Source: Bacteroidales bacterium
Lineage (GTDB): Bacteria; Bacteroidota; Bacteroidia; Bacteroidales; WCHB1-69
Assembly (NCBI GenBank): GCA_045598105.1
Contig: JAZLLK010000088.1
Span: forward strand, 9,749-73,748
Direction of reading: 5' to 3'
Length of the DNA stretch: 64,000 nt
Position 1 is the first letter of the stretch; each line of letters starts with the position of its first letter. The position numbers were made by a program, and so were the translations under genes. The notes under the pieces were generated by a model that was given only the letters and a program-made list of their open reading frames with translations, was not told where the DNA came from and searched no databases. Shown piece after piece: positions 1 to 10,235 of this stretch.

Positions 1-392
1 ACATCATCATTGGCCGATATGTATTTATTGCCGTCTAAGCTGCCTCCGCGTATTACCTCGGCCCTGTTGGCTATTACCTCGTTTACGTTCATATTGGTTT
101 GGGTCCCCGAGCCTGTTTGCCACACCAATAACGGAAAGTGGTCATCTAATTGGTGCTGCAGTATTTCATCACATACCTGTACTATCAGATCCTTTTTATC
201 CTGAGGCAGTACGCCCAGCTCCGCATTGGCACAGGCCGCTGCCTTCTTTACTATGGCCAGCGAATGTATAATGTGCTGTGGCATGTGTATGTTGCCTATT
301 CTAAAATTATTGACCGATCGTTGTGTTTGTGCCCCCCAATATACATTGTCGGCCACCTCCACATTTCCCATGGTGTCTTTTTCTATACGCAT
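1..392 (-). CDS. fumC: class II fumarate hydratase, N-terminal part (gene runs off the window start)
   Basis: Absent from the ORF track because there is no stop in the window. The reverse complement from the ATG at 390-392 reads [26 protein letters not shown]...[24 protein letters not shown]. This is the conserved FumC N-terminus, including the GSGTQ.NMN motif. Confidence 0.85.
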   Translation of the reverse strand, partial: MRIEKDTMGNVEVADNVYWGAQTQRSVNNFRIGNIHMPQHIIHSLAIVKKAAACANAELGVLPQDKKDLIVQVCDEILQHQLDDHFPLLVWQTGSGTQTNMNVNEVIANRAEVIRGGSLDGNKYISANDD

Positions 393-401
393 AGTGTGTT
401 T

Positions 402-2738
402 TTATTTTATAAATAATATTTTTCCTGCTTTTTTCTGTTTCATTTTATCACCGCCGCTTACCAATACATAATATACGCCTGTGGCAACTTTGGTGCCGTC
501 AAAGCGGTGCCCGTCCCATGTGGCGGTACCACCATCCGACGTGGTGCGATATACCAGCCTGCCTGCCGCATCGGTTATTTTCACTTCCGATTCTTCCACC
601 AGTCCGCTTATGGTGATGTATCCGTTGTATTCTCCTCTTACAGGGTTAGGAAATATTTTTATGCCATCTTGTGTGTCGTTACCGTCAGTGGCCGTGTAGC
701 GGAATGATATCAGCCCCTTGTCGGTGGCAAAATACACCTCCCCGCTGTTGCCATCTATACATATGTCACTCACCGTGTTGGAAAGTAGCGGACTATTTTC
801 TTTGGTGAAATGCAGCAATTCCTCTTTGGCATCAGCCGATAGCAAAAATACACCCGCATTGTCGGTGGCTACCCATTTTCTGTTGCCGCCGTCCACGCAT
901 ATATCACGCACTATTTCCGATTTTAATACCAACTCCACTAAGGTGTCATGGCCCGTAACGGTTTGTACCGCTATGGGTGAAGGTACTATACCGAACTCAC
1001 TCATGAGCCGTGAAGGGGAGTGGTAAACCTTTAAGCCGGCATTGGTGCCCAGCCATATTTTACCGTCATGGTCCTCGGCTATGGAGTATATGTAGTCAAA
1101 AGGACCGTTCTCTTCCGATAGGGAGGTGTTCAATTTTACCCACTCGTCATCCGCACTGTTCAGCGGCGTGTTATGCGGGTGAAATAGTATTAAATTCCTA
1201 TTCCTGTCATTGGTAAGCCATAATATACCTCTGGAGTCACAAAACAAATTGCCCGTAATGTCTTCCCCGCTATACGGAATAGTATAGGCCATCCATTGAC
1301 CGTCTTTAGTAAATACCGATAGCTGGGTGGCCGATGAAAAATTGGTCATCCACAGGTTGTCTTTTTTATCAAAGGCTAAGGCCATTACCCTTGTGGTGGA
1401 ATTGTCCCCTTCCATAATGTGTAGTGAAGAGTTGCTATGGTCATATACCTTCTCTATGTCCTCTCCTTTTATTTTTACCAGCCCTTGCACCAATGAAGCC
1501 GCATATAGGGTAGCGGTATCGTAAGGAGCTATTTTTATATCTATGAGAGAATAGTAATATTTATAGTTCAATATATGTGATATACTGCTCCATTGCATGT
1601 TCCTTAGCACCGAGGTGCGTGCCGCTGTCCAGCGGGGTGTCCAATCGGAGTGCCCTCCGTGTACCACGGCTAATTTACCGCTACGCCAGTCCATTTTCCA
1701 CCCCTCATCATAGGCCGGTGATGATATGTGGTAAGGATAGTATTCTTCACCGCCTCCGCGTATAAGACCATCATTTTGCGCAGCCGCATATATGTGCCCC
1801 TTATAGTATAGGGCACTAACAGCATGATTACAATACATGCGTGTGCTTTTGCCTATACTGCCGTCTTCGTTACATGTCCACACGTGCACCGCCGTATCAT
1901 TGCATAATATAAGCTTATTATATTTGCATTCCATGTTGTAGTATTCGCCTTGTGACAACTCCGTATGCAGGTGCCACCCGATATTGTCTTTATAATATAT
2001 ATTAGGCACCGTGGGCTTTTGGGCTATGCCTGTAGCATCGTATTTGGAACAAAATACATAGCCTTCATAGGCACATATATGAAGCAAATCCCCGCTACAG
2101 GTAAGCGTAGTATCAGGCTGCCATGATAAAAAGTTGTTTATTAGTTTGCTGCTTAATGTGTTAGTGTATAGTGTGTTGTCTGTAAGGGCATATATACTGT
2201 CCCCCTTTATGCATATATCTTTTACCTCATATTGCCTGTTGTCTGCCTGAAAAAACCATGTGTCCTTTATTACCTTTTTATCTATATCTATGCATATTAT
2301 TCCCAGCCCGCAGGCTATATATGCCGTGTGAGCGTGGCATAGTATGCCATATATGGCTTTATTGCCCGATACCTGCTTGTTCATTATGTCAGGTATGTTA
2401 TATATGCGTCCTTTTTGGTATATGTCTATATTGGCATTGTTATAGGCTATGACAATCGCCCCGGTAGCCGTGTCGGCAGCGGTACAGCTTATACCCACAT
2501 CACTTAGTCCGTTGGCTTTGTCAAGGTGCTGTATGGCATTTTCCTGCAGGTCTATATTTAGTATAGTATTCGGTGTAATATAGTATAGCCTGCTACCTAT
2601 TGCCTCCACATCCAGGCCGGTATTGTAGTTAAAGTGTGTTTGCCATGCACCCACGGCTATAGGCTGCTGTGCCCATGTGCCCACGCACAGGCTTATCAAT
2701 ATTATTATGCCGGTTATTCTTTTATGCATATGTTTCAT
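402..2738 (-). CDS. beta-propeller protein with a T9SS C-terminal sorting domain, PorZ-like
   Basis: 778 aa with signal peptide MKHMHKRITGIIILISLCVGTWAQ and repeated propeller-like blades. The C-terminus FPNPVRGE...ATGVYYVLV...KILFIK is typical of a T9SS CTD. Size and architecture match PorZ of about 776 aa. The PorZ assignment itself is tentative. Confidence 0.6.
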   Translation of the reverse strand: MKHMHKRITGIIILISLCVGTWAQQPIAVGAWQTHFNYNTGLDVEAIGSRLYYITPNTILNIDLQENAIQHLDKANGLSDVGISCTAADTATGAIVIAYNNANIDIYQKGRIYNIPDIMNKQVSGNKAIYGILCHAHTAYIACGLGIICIDIDKKVIKDTWFFQADNRQYEVKDICIKGDSIYALTDNTLYTNTLSSKLINNFLSWQPDTTLTCSGDLLHICAYEGYVFCSKYDATGIAQKPTVPNIYYKDNIGWHLHTELSQGEYYNMECKYNKLILCNDTAVHVWTCNEDGSIGKSTRMYCNHAVSALYYKGHIYAAAQNDGLIRGGGEEYYPYHISSPAYDEGWKMDWRSGKLAVVHGGHSDWTPRWTAARTSVLRNMQWSSISHILNYKYYYSLIDIKIAPYDTATLYAASLVQGLVKIKGEDIEKVYDHSNSSLHIMEGDNSTTRVMALAFDKKDNLWMTNFSSATQLSVFTKDGQWMAYTIPYSGEDITGNLFCDSRGILWLTNDRNRNLILFHPHNTPLNSADDEWVKLNTSLSEENGPFDYIYSIAEDHDGKIWLGTNAGLKVYHSPSRLMSEFGIVPSPIAVQTVTGHDTLVELVLKSEIVRDICVDGGNRKWVATDNAGVFLLSADAKEELLHFTKENSPLLSNTVSDICIDGNSGEVYFATDKGLISFRYTATDGNDTQDGIKIFPNPVRGEYNGYITISGLVEESEVKITDAAGRLVYRTTSDGGTATWDGHRFDGTKVATGVYYVLVSGGDKMKQKKAGKILFIK

Positions 2739-2743
2739 TTTGT

Positions 2744-3463
2744 TTATAATGAGGTGTCCTCAAAGCGGGAAACTCTCCATGGTTTTATTCTTCGGGCCAA
2801 ATACAAAAACGGAGTGTCACATAGGGCTACTATGGCTTTAATAAGGTAAGTGGTCCAGCATAAGGTAATCAGGTGCTTTGTGTCAAATACCCCCGCAAAG
2901 GCTATAAGGGTGAATACTACCGTATCTACCAGCTGACTTATAAGGGTGGACCCGTTGTTCCTTAACCACAATAGCCTGCTGCTGTTTCCGGTGAGCCTCC
3001 ACCATATATGGTATAGCTGTATGTCCAATGATTGTGATATGGCGTATGAAAATATACTGGCTATTGCCATACGCGGCATAAGACCAAATAAAGCCTGCAA
3101 GTGAGGCATAATAAAATCATATTTATTGGGAACAAATGCTATAATTACCTGAGTGGAAGCTACCCATATAAGCGTGGTAAACAGCCCTATGTATACCGAC
3201 TTTTTGGCGGCAGCCTTTCCGTAGTTTTCACTCAATATATCCGTTACCAAAAACGAACTGGCATACATGGCATTGCCTAAAGTGAGCTCTATTCCGAACA
3301 TATCGCATTGCACTATGGCTTCTATATTGGCTATTATTACGCTGAGCGCCGTCCATATATATAACCCGGCTTTGCCAAATACGGAATAGGCTACACTTAC
3401 CCCTCCACAATATATTACTATTGTGGTAAAAAATAGTAAAGTGTTCAATATGTTATCGTTCAT
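2744..3463 (-). CDS. yhhQ: queuosine precursor transporter (YhhQ/VUT family)
   Basis: 239 aa polytopic membrane protein. Segments such as GSTLISQLVDTVVFTLIAF resemble the YhhQ family. Confidence 0.6.
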   Translation of the reverse strand: MNDNILNTLLFFTTIVIYCGGVSVAYSVFGKAGLYIWTALSVIIANIEAIVQCDMFGIELTLGNAMYASSFLVTDILSENYGKAAAKKSVYIGLFTTLIWVASTQVIIAFVPNKYDFIMPHLQALFGLMPRMAIASIFSYAISQSLDIQLYHIWWRLTGNSSRLLWLRNNGSTLISQLVDTVVFTLIAFAGVFDTKHLITLCWTTYLIKAIVALCDTPFLYLARRIKPWRVSRFEDTSL

Positions 3464-3492
3464 GCGTATACGTGTGCTGCGTGTATAAAAAG

Positions 3493-3500
3493 CAAAGATA
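3493..3500 (-). promoter_or_regulatory. -7 box for yhhQ
   Basis: The reverse complement is TATCTTTG, 29 nt upstream of the start. Confidence 0.55.
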
Positions 3501-3762
3501 ACATTTTTTTTTCATACGCCAATGTGTCGCTCCTGTTTTTTAAAATACCAATTCCTAAAAAAAATTATAACAGCTATGCTCGCTATTTTATATAATATAA
3601 TATGTTATATAAAAATAATATAAATATATATATTATTATTTTTTTGCATAGTATTTATTGTAATATATTGTTAATACTAATATTAATGTTGTTTTGTAGG
3701 GGTGAAAGAGTAAAAACAAAGTTCGTACCAATCTTTCTTGCCCGCGGTATGCATAAAAATGC

Positions 3763-3770
3763 TACTTTTG
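3763..3770 (+). promoter_or_regulatory. -7 box (TAnnTTTG) for purN
   Basis: gcTACTTTTGcac, 63 nt upstream of the ATG. This is the Bacteroidota sigma-A -7 consensus. Confidence 0.55.
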
Positions 3771-3833
3771 CACTTTAATTAAAGTAAAGGCACTATACAT
3801 ATAATTAAGTAACCGTATATATATCTTTCGCAC

Positions 3834-4403
3834 ATGAAAAAAGTAGTATTATTTGCCTCCGGCAATGGCACTAACGTACAACAGATAGCCGAATATTTTA
3901 TGGCAGATTCCCAAGTACAAATGTCGTATTTGTTCTGTAATAAAAAAAATGCCTACGTTTTGGAGCGTGCCCGCAACCTGGGCATGCCTTCCATGATAAT
4001 TGACAGAGAGTCGTTTTATCATACACCGCAGGTGTTCCACATGTTACAGCATATTCAGCCGGACCTGATAGTGCTGGCCGGTTTCTTGTGGCTCATGCCA
4101 CAAAATATAGTGCAGGCTTTTCCGCACAAAATTATTAATATACACCCTGCATTGCTGCCTAAGTACGGCGGTAAGGGTATGTACGGGCACCATGTGCATG
4201 AGGCCGTGGTAGCCGCAGGCGAAAATATTACCGGTATTACCATACATTATGTAAATGAGCATTATGATGAGGGTAGTACCATATTTCAGGCTACCTGTGA
4301 AGTGCTCCCCACTGACACCGCCGATACCGTGGCTGCCAAAATACACCTGCTGGAAAAAGAACATTTTCCTAAGGTAATAGATAACTTACTTAGCGGGAAG
4401 TAG
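3834..4403 (+). CDS. purN: phosphoribosylglycinamide formyltransferase
   Basis: 189 aa. N-terminal FASGNGTN, then NIHPALLPKYGG and GITIHYVNEHYDEGSTIFQ, which are the GART motifs. Confidence 0.9.
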   Translation: MKKVVLFASGNGTNVQQIAEYFMADSQVQMSYLFCNKKNAYVLERARNLGMPSMIIDRESFYHTPQVFHMLQHIQPDLIVLAGFLWLMPQNIVQAFPHKIINIHPALLPKYGGKGMYGHHVHEAVVAAGENITGITIHYVNEHYDEGSTIFQATCEVLPTDTADTVAAKIHLLEKEHFPKVIDNLLSGK

Positions 4404-7400
4404 TGTCGGCATTTGCACCCTGCTGCCTGTATGGCTGCTTCTTTTTGCGGGTGAACAGGTCCTTAAAGGTATTAAAGTCCTTAGAAAACGAAAAACCTAT
4501 GCCCTGTGAATACTTGGAAGTGTATTCCAGCTTGTCCTGCTGATTGGTTACGTTAAAAGCTTTCACTTTCAATGCCCCGTCTTTGGTTATTTTATATTCG
4601 GCCGTAATATCACCCAAAAACCGGTCACTATTGTCTATATCCTTTTGGTCTAATACACCCAGTGAGGTTTTTATGGTAAGCCTGTTGTTTAAAAAACTGC
4701 CTCCCACGTCCACACTGTATTCGTTTTCGGCATTATCTTCATTGGACCTGTAGGCTACCCTTACGTCTAAATTGTCGGATATGGATGATACAAACTTATT
4801 GATTTGATACGATACCAACTCACTTATGGAGTATCCTATACCACTGTTGATAGTGCTGCCGGCCGTGGCCGCATCATTGGATTCAAACATACCTAAAAAC
4901 AACACCGCCACCATTTGTTTCACCATTTCCTCCCTGTCAGAAGTATCTATACTGTTATATACTATGGTCTTTATGTTTTCATCGGCATCGGGCATGTCAA
5001 AACTGAAATTGAAGTCGGGCTTGAGTAAATTGCCTTTCAAACTCAATATATTGTTCACCGACACAGGCCTATAGCTGCCCTGTTCCTCATTGCCGCTTAC
5101 CAAATTGTTAACAGATACCTTGGTGGATTGTATGGCCTTCACGTCCATGGTGCCCTTGGGGTCGCCCGTCCATGATATGGTGCCGCCGTTTTGCAATTTA
5201 AAACTCCGCGTGAGTATGTCCCCATAAGCTATGTTGAATACCCCGTCAGAAAGAGTATATACTCCATATATGTTAAATCCCGTTTCAGGCGATACATTCA
5301 ATTCTACCGTGCCTGCACCCCTTCCTATAATGGTGCCGCCTATGGAAGGATCCAAATTTACCCTCACTATGGCCTCGGGTGTAGCCTTTATTTTCATGTT
5401 CACACCTATATTGGTGCCCGAAGCATTGAATTCCTCATCCTTCTTTTCATTGTACGGACTTACAAATGTTATCACCTTGCTCTCATCAGCCGATGTGCTC
5501 CAGTCAAATAACAGACTTATGTCTGTTTTGGGTTCGGTATTTACGTCGGCATTTATTTGTATAATGTCGCCGGCTTGCCCTTTCATACTTATATTACCGG
5601 TTACAAAGGCTTTGCCGTAGAATAAGTTGTTGTCCTTGAGCGTGGTATTAAGCGCTAAAGCATTCGATGCCCGCATGCGGAGATTGAGCCCCCAATTCTT
5701 CAGCTTGTGGTGGGTAATCATGCCGTTTACAGCTATTTTATTATTGTACATGTCGCTCACCGTTACATTGTTAAATATGAATCCGGTATCTACAAAACTT
5801 ATGGTCTTGTTATGTATGGTGTATTCCGTTTTCAGGTAGTCTATGCCCATTACACCCGAATGTACCGTAACTTCACCTAACAGTTTGGGGTCCCTTACAG
5901 GTCCTTTAAAACTAAGTGTGCCGGTACCATAGCCTTCCAATTTGTACGCAAACGATTTTAAATAAGGCTCCAACGTCTTTAAGTTAAAGTTGCGTATGTC
6001 GCCATCCAAATCTATATACTTGTTCAACGGGTCAAAATACCCGTTGATATTGGTAAGCCTGTCTTCCTTGGTGCTGTCCATATACAAATCGGCATTAATA
6101 AACAACTTGCTTACCTGACTTTGCCACATAGTACGGGCATCCAAAAACCCGAGCGGAGCATCGTTGAAGTAAAAATCTTTTACCTCTATGCCCGAGCCTA
6201 CGGCAAACTGTTTTTTATTACTTGTATTAAGTATGCCTCCCTTACCTGTAGCACTGCCTTGCAATGTAATATTGAACCTGTTAAGAAATATATTCAGCAT
6301 GCCCAATTCTATATTGTTAAAATCAAAGAAAATGGCTTCTTCATTTTGGGCGTTAGCCTGACTATATACCTGTAACGAACGGTCGTTATGCGAGCGTATG
6401 CCAAAATTGTCCACATGTATTAAATTGGGCGAAAATACCACCCTATTGAACGTGTCTAACAGAAACGATTCTTCGTTCCATAGCACCGAGCCGTTGGTGA
6501 GGGATACAAACAAATGTTTGCTGTTCCAAAATCCGGCCATGCCTTCCATATATACGTCTTCCAATTTGTTTATACTGTTGCCCAATGCATTGGCAGTAAA
6601 TGTGATAGTGTCGGTGCTTATGACGGATTTCAACTTTATATGGTTAATGTCATTGAGCGTGTCGTTGGCCTTGAACTGAAACCCCGAACAGGATATATTC
6701 ACATCCATATTCTGTCGGTCCGATGAACTCTTCACCTCTATATCCCTTAAGCACTGCTTTTTCAATTGTAATACAGGTATATTGGCGTCCAGTAGTATTT
6801 CATTGTCCAGCTCGCACAGGTACGCATTAAGTGACAAGCCTTCGGCAAAAGTAATTTGAGGTAAAAACAATTCTATTACCGGTAGCGAATGCTCCATGTG
6901 CGCCGATGCATATAAAGTTTGCACAGGCGTGCCTTCTTCCATCTGCGGCATAGGTATGAGCGACGGCAAATAGGTATGTAATGTGTGCTTACAGGCATTA
7001 ATGATGTTCCTGTATTGAAAATCACCATACAATTTGGCTTCCAATATATCGGAACTTATCATTATATCCTGCTTATTGTCAGTGTACTGCTCGGTAGTTA
7101 CTGTAATATCCGGTATATAGTATGTTACATTATTTTCAGCATAAGCTATGCGGCTGAGTGTTAAATCGCCATATAGCGAATCCAGCGTGCGGCCGGCCAT
7201 GTTTACTTCCACATGTGTGCCTATACAGGCATTGGAATCCATGCGGAATAATTTTAATTTGCTTAAATTAATATTACGTATGTCCGATGTGAAATTATAT
7301 ACCGGCGTTTCCTTGTCAAAGTCCACCAAGCCGTCAAATTCTATATTAAAATTGCTGTCAGGACATTCTATATGCCCGTTGAATTGCCTGTTTCCTGCAT

Positions 7401-8850
7401 CACCTTGCAGGGATATATTATGTATATAGGTGCCTTTGAAATTAATAGCCTGTATGTTACCTTTAATACGGGTGCTCATGTCGGCTATTTTTACACCATG
7501 ACCTTCCAGACTTATGTTGCCGCTAATGTCACCCAGCATGTCGGTTTTTAGCAGCGTGCCCAGTTGCAGACTCTGCACGTTCACCTCTCCGTTATAAGTC
7601 AGCTTTTTATCGGCATAGTTACAATCGGCATTGCATGTAAAGTCGCCCATGTTGCTTTTTCCTTCCAATTTGGTGTAAAAGTTATTGTACGTACCGTCAA
7701 ATACACCCTGCACATATAGCTGTTTTAGTTGCAGCAACCGGGTGGGTATGCGGATACTTTTGCCTTGCGGCAAACGAAATGCCGCCACATCCTTCATATC
7801 TGCCTTCAACTGATGACAGTTTACGTCTATATGCGTCTGCTTTATATGCGGAAGCCCCTTGCAGTGTATGTCGCCTATAAAACAGGTAAAAGGCGATATG
7901 GCCACACGGGCATCACTCAGCTTTATGTCGGCCAGCGGCCCCGTGAGTTGCCCGTATATATCCGTCATATTAGGCATGCCCTGCATAGAACGTACAAAAT
8001 ACGACAAATCTGCCGTGTTAAAATGCGAAGAATGAAGACAGGTATTGAAAATTATATCCTCCTCAAAATTTTTAAAACTTTTATAATTCTCAAAGTTAAA
8101 ACCAAAATCCATGTTTACATCACTGCCGTTGGCTGTGGTAAAATGTGTGGCATGACTGTATATACCATGTTTCCACAATTCCAGCCTGCCTTTATATGCA
8201 GTTAACTCAAATCCCGACCGCTCCCTGCATCTTAACTCGTCTATGTAAAAATTGAGACTGTCACCTACTATTATCATCTGCTCCATTTTGGTGTTGATAT
8301 CAGTGAGTATCATATTGCTGTAGTTCCATAATCCCGGCTCGTCCTCGCCGGCACGGTTGTCATTACGTAAGTGATATTTACTGTTACACAAAGTAAGATG
8401 CTGAAAGTTGATGACCATTTTCTGCGGCTTGGGCTTGTTACTTTTGAAAAAATCAATAAAAAACCGCATGTTCATATCATTTTCACCTTCATAGGTACGC
8501 ATGTATACATCAGCACTGTCTATATATACATTGTTGAACTCCATGTAGCGGGATTTAAATATGGGAAAATCCATGCGAACATGGTCCGCCGATATTAAAT
8601 TGTTGCCTTTTTGGTCACATATTTGCAGCCCTTTTACAACTATTTTTAAATTAAAGTCTATTCTTAACCGGTCTATGCTTATATCCGTCTGCATTTTTTT
8701 TGCCAGTAAGCGGGTGGCCTGTTTGCCCGCCATAGTTTGCACCGTAGGTATACATAAAGAGCCTAACACTATAATAATCAACCCTATAAGGCAGACCATT
8801 GTAATGCCCGTTACTTTGCCCGTTTTCTTTAATGCAAACTTTATATTCAT
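4390..8850 (-). CDS. tamB: translocation/assembly module TamB-like protein (DUF490 family)
   Basis: 1486 aa with a single N-terminal TM anchor, followed by a very long beta-rich repetitive body. This is typical of Bacteroidota TamB homologues. Confidence 0.65.
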   Translation of the reverse strand: MNIKFALKKTGKVTGITMVCLIGLIIIVLGSLCIPTVQTMAGKQATRLLAKKMQTDISIDRLRIDFNLKIVVKGLQICDQKGNNLISADHVRMDFPIFKSRYMEFNNVYIDSADVYMRTYEGENDMNMRFFIDFFKSNKPKPQKMVINFQHLTLCNSKYHLRNDNRAGEDEPGLWNYSNMILTDINTKMEQMIIVGDSLNFYIDELRCRERSGFELTAYKGRLELWKHGIYSHATHFTTANGSDVNMDFGFNFENYKSFKNFEEDIIFNTCLHSSHFNTADLSYFVRSMQGMPNMTDIYGQLTGPLADIKLSDARVAISPFTCFIGDIHCKGLPHIKQTHIDVNCHQLKADMKDVAAFRLPQGKSIRIPTRLLQLKQLYVQGVFDGTYNNFYTKLEGKSNMGDFTCNADCNYADKKLTYNGEVNVQSLQLGTLLKTDMLGDISGNISLEGHGVKIADMSTRIKGNIQAINFKGTYIHNISLQGDAGNRQFNGHIECPDSNFNIEFDGLVDFDKETPVYNFTSDIRNINLSKLKLFRMDSNACIGTHVEVNMAGRTLDSLYGDLTLSRIAYAENNVTYYIPDITVTTEQYTDNKQDIMISSDILEAKLYGDFQYRNIINACKHTLHTYLPSLIPMPQMEEGTPVQTLYASAHMEHSLPVIELFLPQITFAEGLSLNAYLCELDNEILLDANIPVLQLKKQCLRDIEVKSSSDRQNMDVNISCSGFQFKANDTLNDINHIKLKSVISTDTITFTANALGNSINKLEDVYMEGMAGFWNSKHLFVSLTNGSVLWNEESFLLDTFNRVVFSPNLIHVDNFGIRSHNDRSLQVYSQANAQNEEAIFFDFNNIELGMLNIFLNRFNITLQGSATGKGGILNTSNKKQFAVGSGIEVKDFYFNDAPLGFLDARTMWQSQVSKLFINADLYMDSTKEDRLTNINGYFDPLNKYIDLDGDIRNFNLKTLEPYLKSFAYKLEGYGTGTLSFKGPVRDPKLLGEVTVHSGVMGIDYLKTEYTIHNKTISFVDTGFIFNNVTVSDMYNNKIAVNGMITHHKLKNWGLNLRMRASNALALNTTLKDNNLFYGKAFVTGNISMKGQAGDIIQINADVNTEPKTDISLLFDWSTSADESKVITFVSPYNEKKDEEFNASGTNIGVNMKIKATPEAIVRVNLDPSIGGTIIGRGAGTVELNVSPETGFNIYGVYTLSDGVFNIAYGDILTRSFKLQNGGTISWTGDPKGTMDVKAIQSTKVSVNNLVSGNEEQGSYRPVSVNNILSLKGNLLKPDFNFSFDMPDADENIKTIVYNSIDTSDREEMVKQMVAVLFLGMFESNDAATAGSTINSGIGYSISELVSYQINKFVSSISDNLDVRVAYRSNEDNAENEYSVDVGGSFLNNRLTIKTSLGVLDQKDIDNSDRFLGDITAEYKITKDGALKVKAFNVTNQQDKLEYTSKYSQGIGFSFSKDFNTFKDLFTRKKKQPYRQQGANADTTSR

Positions 8851-8889
8851 TATTATCCTATAATACTAATAAATACAATTATTCTGCCA

Positions 8890-8897
8890 CAAAGGTA
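8890..8897 (-). promoter_or_regulatory. -7 box for tamB
   Basis: The reverse complement is TACCTTTG, 39 nt upstream of the start. Confidence 0.55.
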
Positions 8898-9082
8898 AAA
8901 AAAATACATTTTATACCTGATATTTTTTTTTATTTTGTATTAACTTACTTTTGTTTATTCCTTTTTGGTGAACAGTCGTGGCCTGTAAAAGGGAACAGAA
9001 ATGGAATAATGTGATGCAATGTGTTGAAAATTATGTAATTATTATATTTTTGAAAAAAATGTCGCGGTATTGGGTTTTTTGC

Positions 9083-9090
9083 TAATTTTG
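9083..9090 (+). promoter_or_regulatory. -7 box for the 9125-10967 gene pair
   Basis: gcTAATTTTGcc, 34 nt upstream of the ATG. Confidence 0.5.
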
Positions 9091-9124
9091 CCGTCCCTTG
9101 TTGTAGGAATGTAATTACTGTAAC

Positions 9125-10228
9125 ATGAACGTTTGGAAGAGTTTAACCGTAAAACAAAAAATATATCAGGTATGCGTGCACCTGTTGGCAGCCGTAGGGG
9201 TGGCCATAATAGGTGCGTGGGCTTTATATCAGCTGGGTGCCAGTAATAATAGTGGCCACATAGATAGGAATAACAGGTATTTAGCCAATTATAAAAACAT
9301 GCAGCCCGTTGATAGTACTAATGAGCAGGCAGTGCGTATGGAGCACTATTTGGATATGGTGCTGCTGAGTAAAATATATCCTCATAATGCCATGCAAATA
9401 TATTTGGCCGACCGTTATGGTGATAATCCAGAGGCCATACGCCGTATGATGTATGCCGTGAATGTATATTTACAGCACGATACTGCCGCCTCGGCGTATA
9501 ATACCGCCAAACAACGCATAGCCGATATATATGCCGGATTTCACGTTAATCCTCAATGCGGTAATGCTATTCCGTGGATGAACGATTCCAACTGGGCCGT
9601 GCTCAAGATTGCCCTGGCTAAAGATACAGCCGCCATACGTAAAGCTGCCGCCCTCACCGGCGTGGATGCCCGCCTTATAGCCGGATGTACCGTGGGTGAG
9701 CAAATACGCCTGTTTAATACCAAACGTGAAGAAATTAAGCAGCATTTGGGCCCGGTAGCTATGACAGTGCAATCACAGTTTTCCTATGGTGTAAACGGTA
9801 TAAAGGAGCCTACCGCCATACGTGTTGAACGCCAGCTTAAAGATAGTACCTCTCCTTTCTATATGGGTAAAGCGTATGAGCATCTGCTGGATTTTAACAC
9901 CGAAGATACCACACAGGAGCGGCGTAACCGCCTTACCGACTGGCATCACCATTTATACTCCTACATATATACCGCCTGCATACTTAAGCAAACTATGCTG
10001 CAGTGGAAGCGGGCCGGTTACGATATTTCCGACCGCCCCGATATATTGTACACCCTGTTTAATTTGGGTTTTAATGCCTCACAGCCCCACGCCGACCCGC
10101 AATGTGGCGGTTCGTCCATACGGGTAAATGATAAGGTATATACCTTTGGCGGCTTGGGGTATGATTTTTTCTACTCCGGTGAGTTGGCACAGGAATTTCC
10201 CGTGAGCAGGCATTTATTTAAAGATTAA
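9125..10228 (+). CDS. membrane-anchored hypothetical protein (weak lytic-transglycosylase-like signals)
   Basis: 367 aa with one N-terminal TM helix. Segments GVDARLIAGCTVGEQ and ILYTLFNLGFN faintly resemble SLT-type motifs. No confident family call. Confidence 0.3.
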   Translation: MNVWKSLTVKQKIYQVCVHLLAAVGVAIIGAWALYQLGASNNSGHIDRNNRYLANYKNMQPVDSTNEQAVRMEHYLDMVLLSKIYPHNAMQIYLADRYGDNPEAIRRMMYAVNVYLQHDTAASAYNTAKQRIADIYAGFHVNPQCGNAIPWMNDSNWAVLKIALAKDTAAIRKAAALTGVDARLIAGCTVGEQIRLFNTKREEIKQHLGPVAMTVQSQFSYGVNGIKEPTAIRVERQLKDSTSPFYMGKAYEHLLDFNTEDTTQERRNRLTDWHHHLYSYIYTACILKQTMLQWKRAGYDISDRPDILYTLFNLGFNASQPHADPQCGGSSIRVNDKVYTFGGLGYDFFYSGELAQEFPVSRHLFKD

Positions 10229-10235
10229 TATAAAT

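Noticed and set aside
3590-3720. An extremely AT-rich tract between yhhQ and purN that might be a replication-origin unwinding element.
   Set aside because: I found no cluster of DnaA-box-like TTATCCACA sequences nearby, and no dnaA or dnaN context. It fits a divergent promoter and spacer region.
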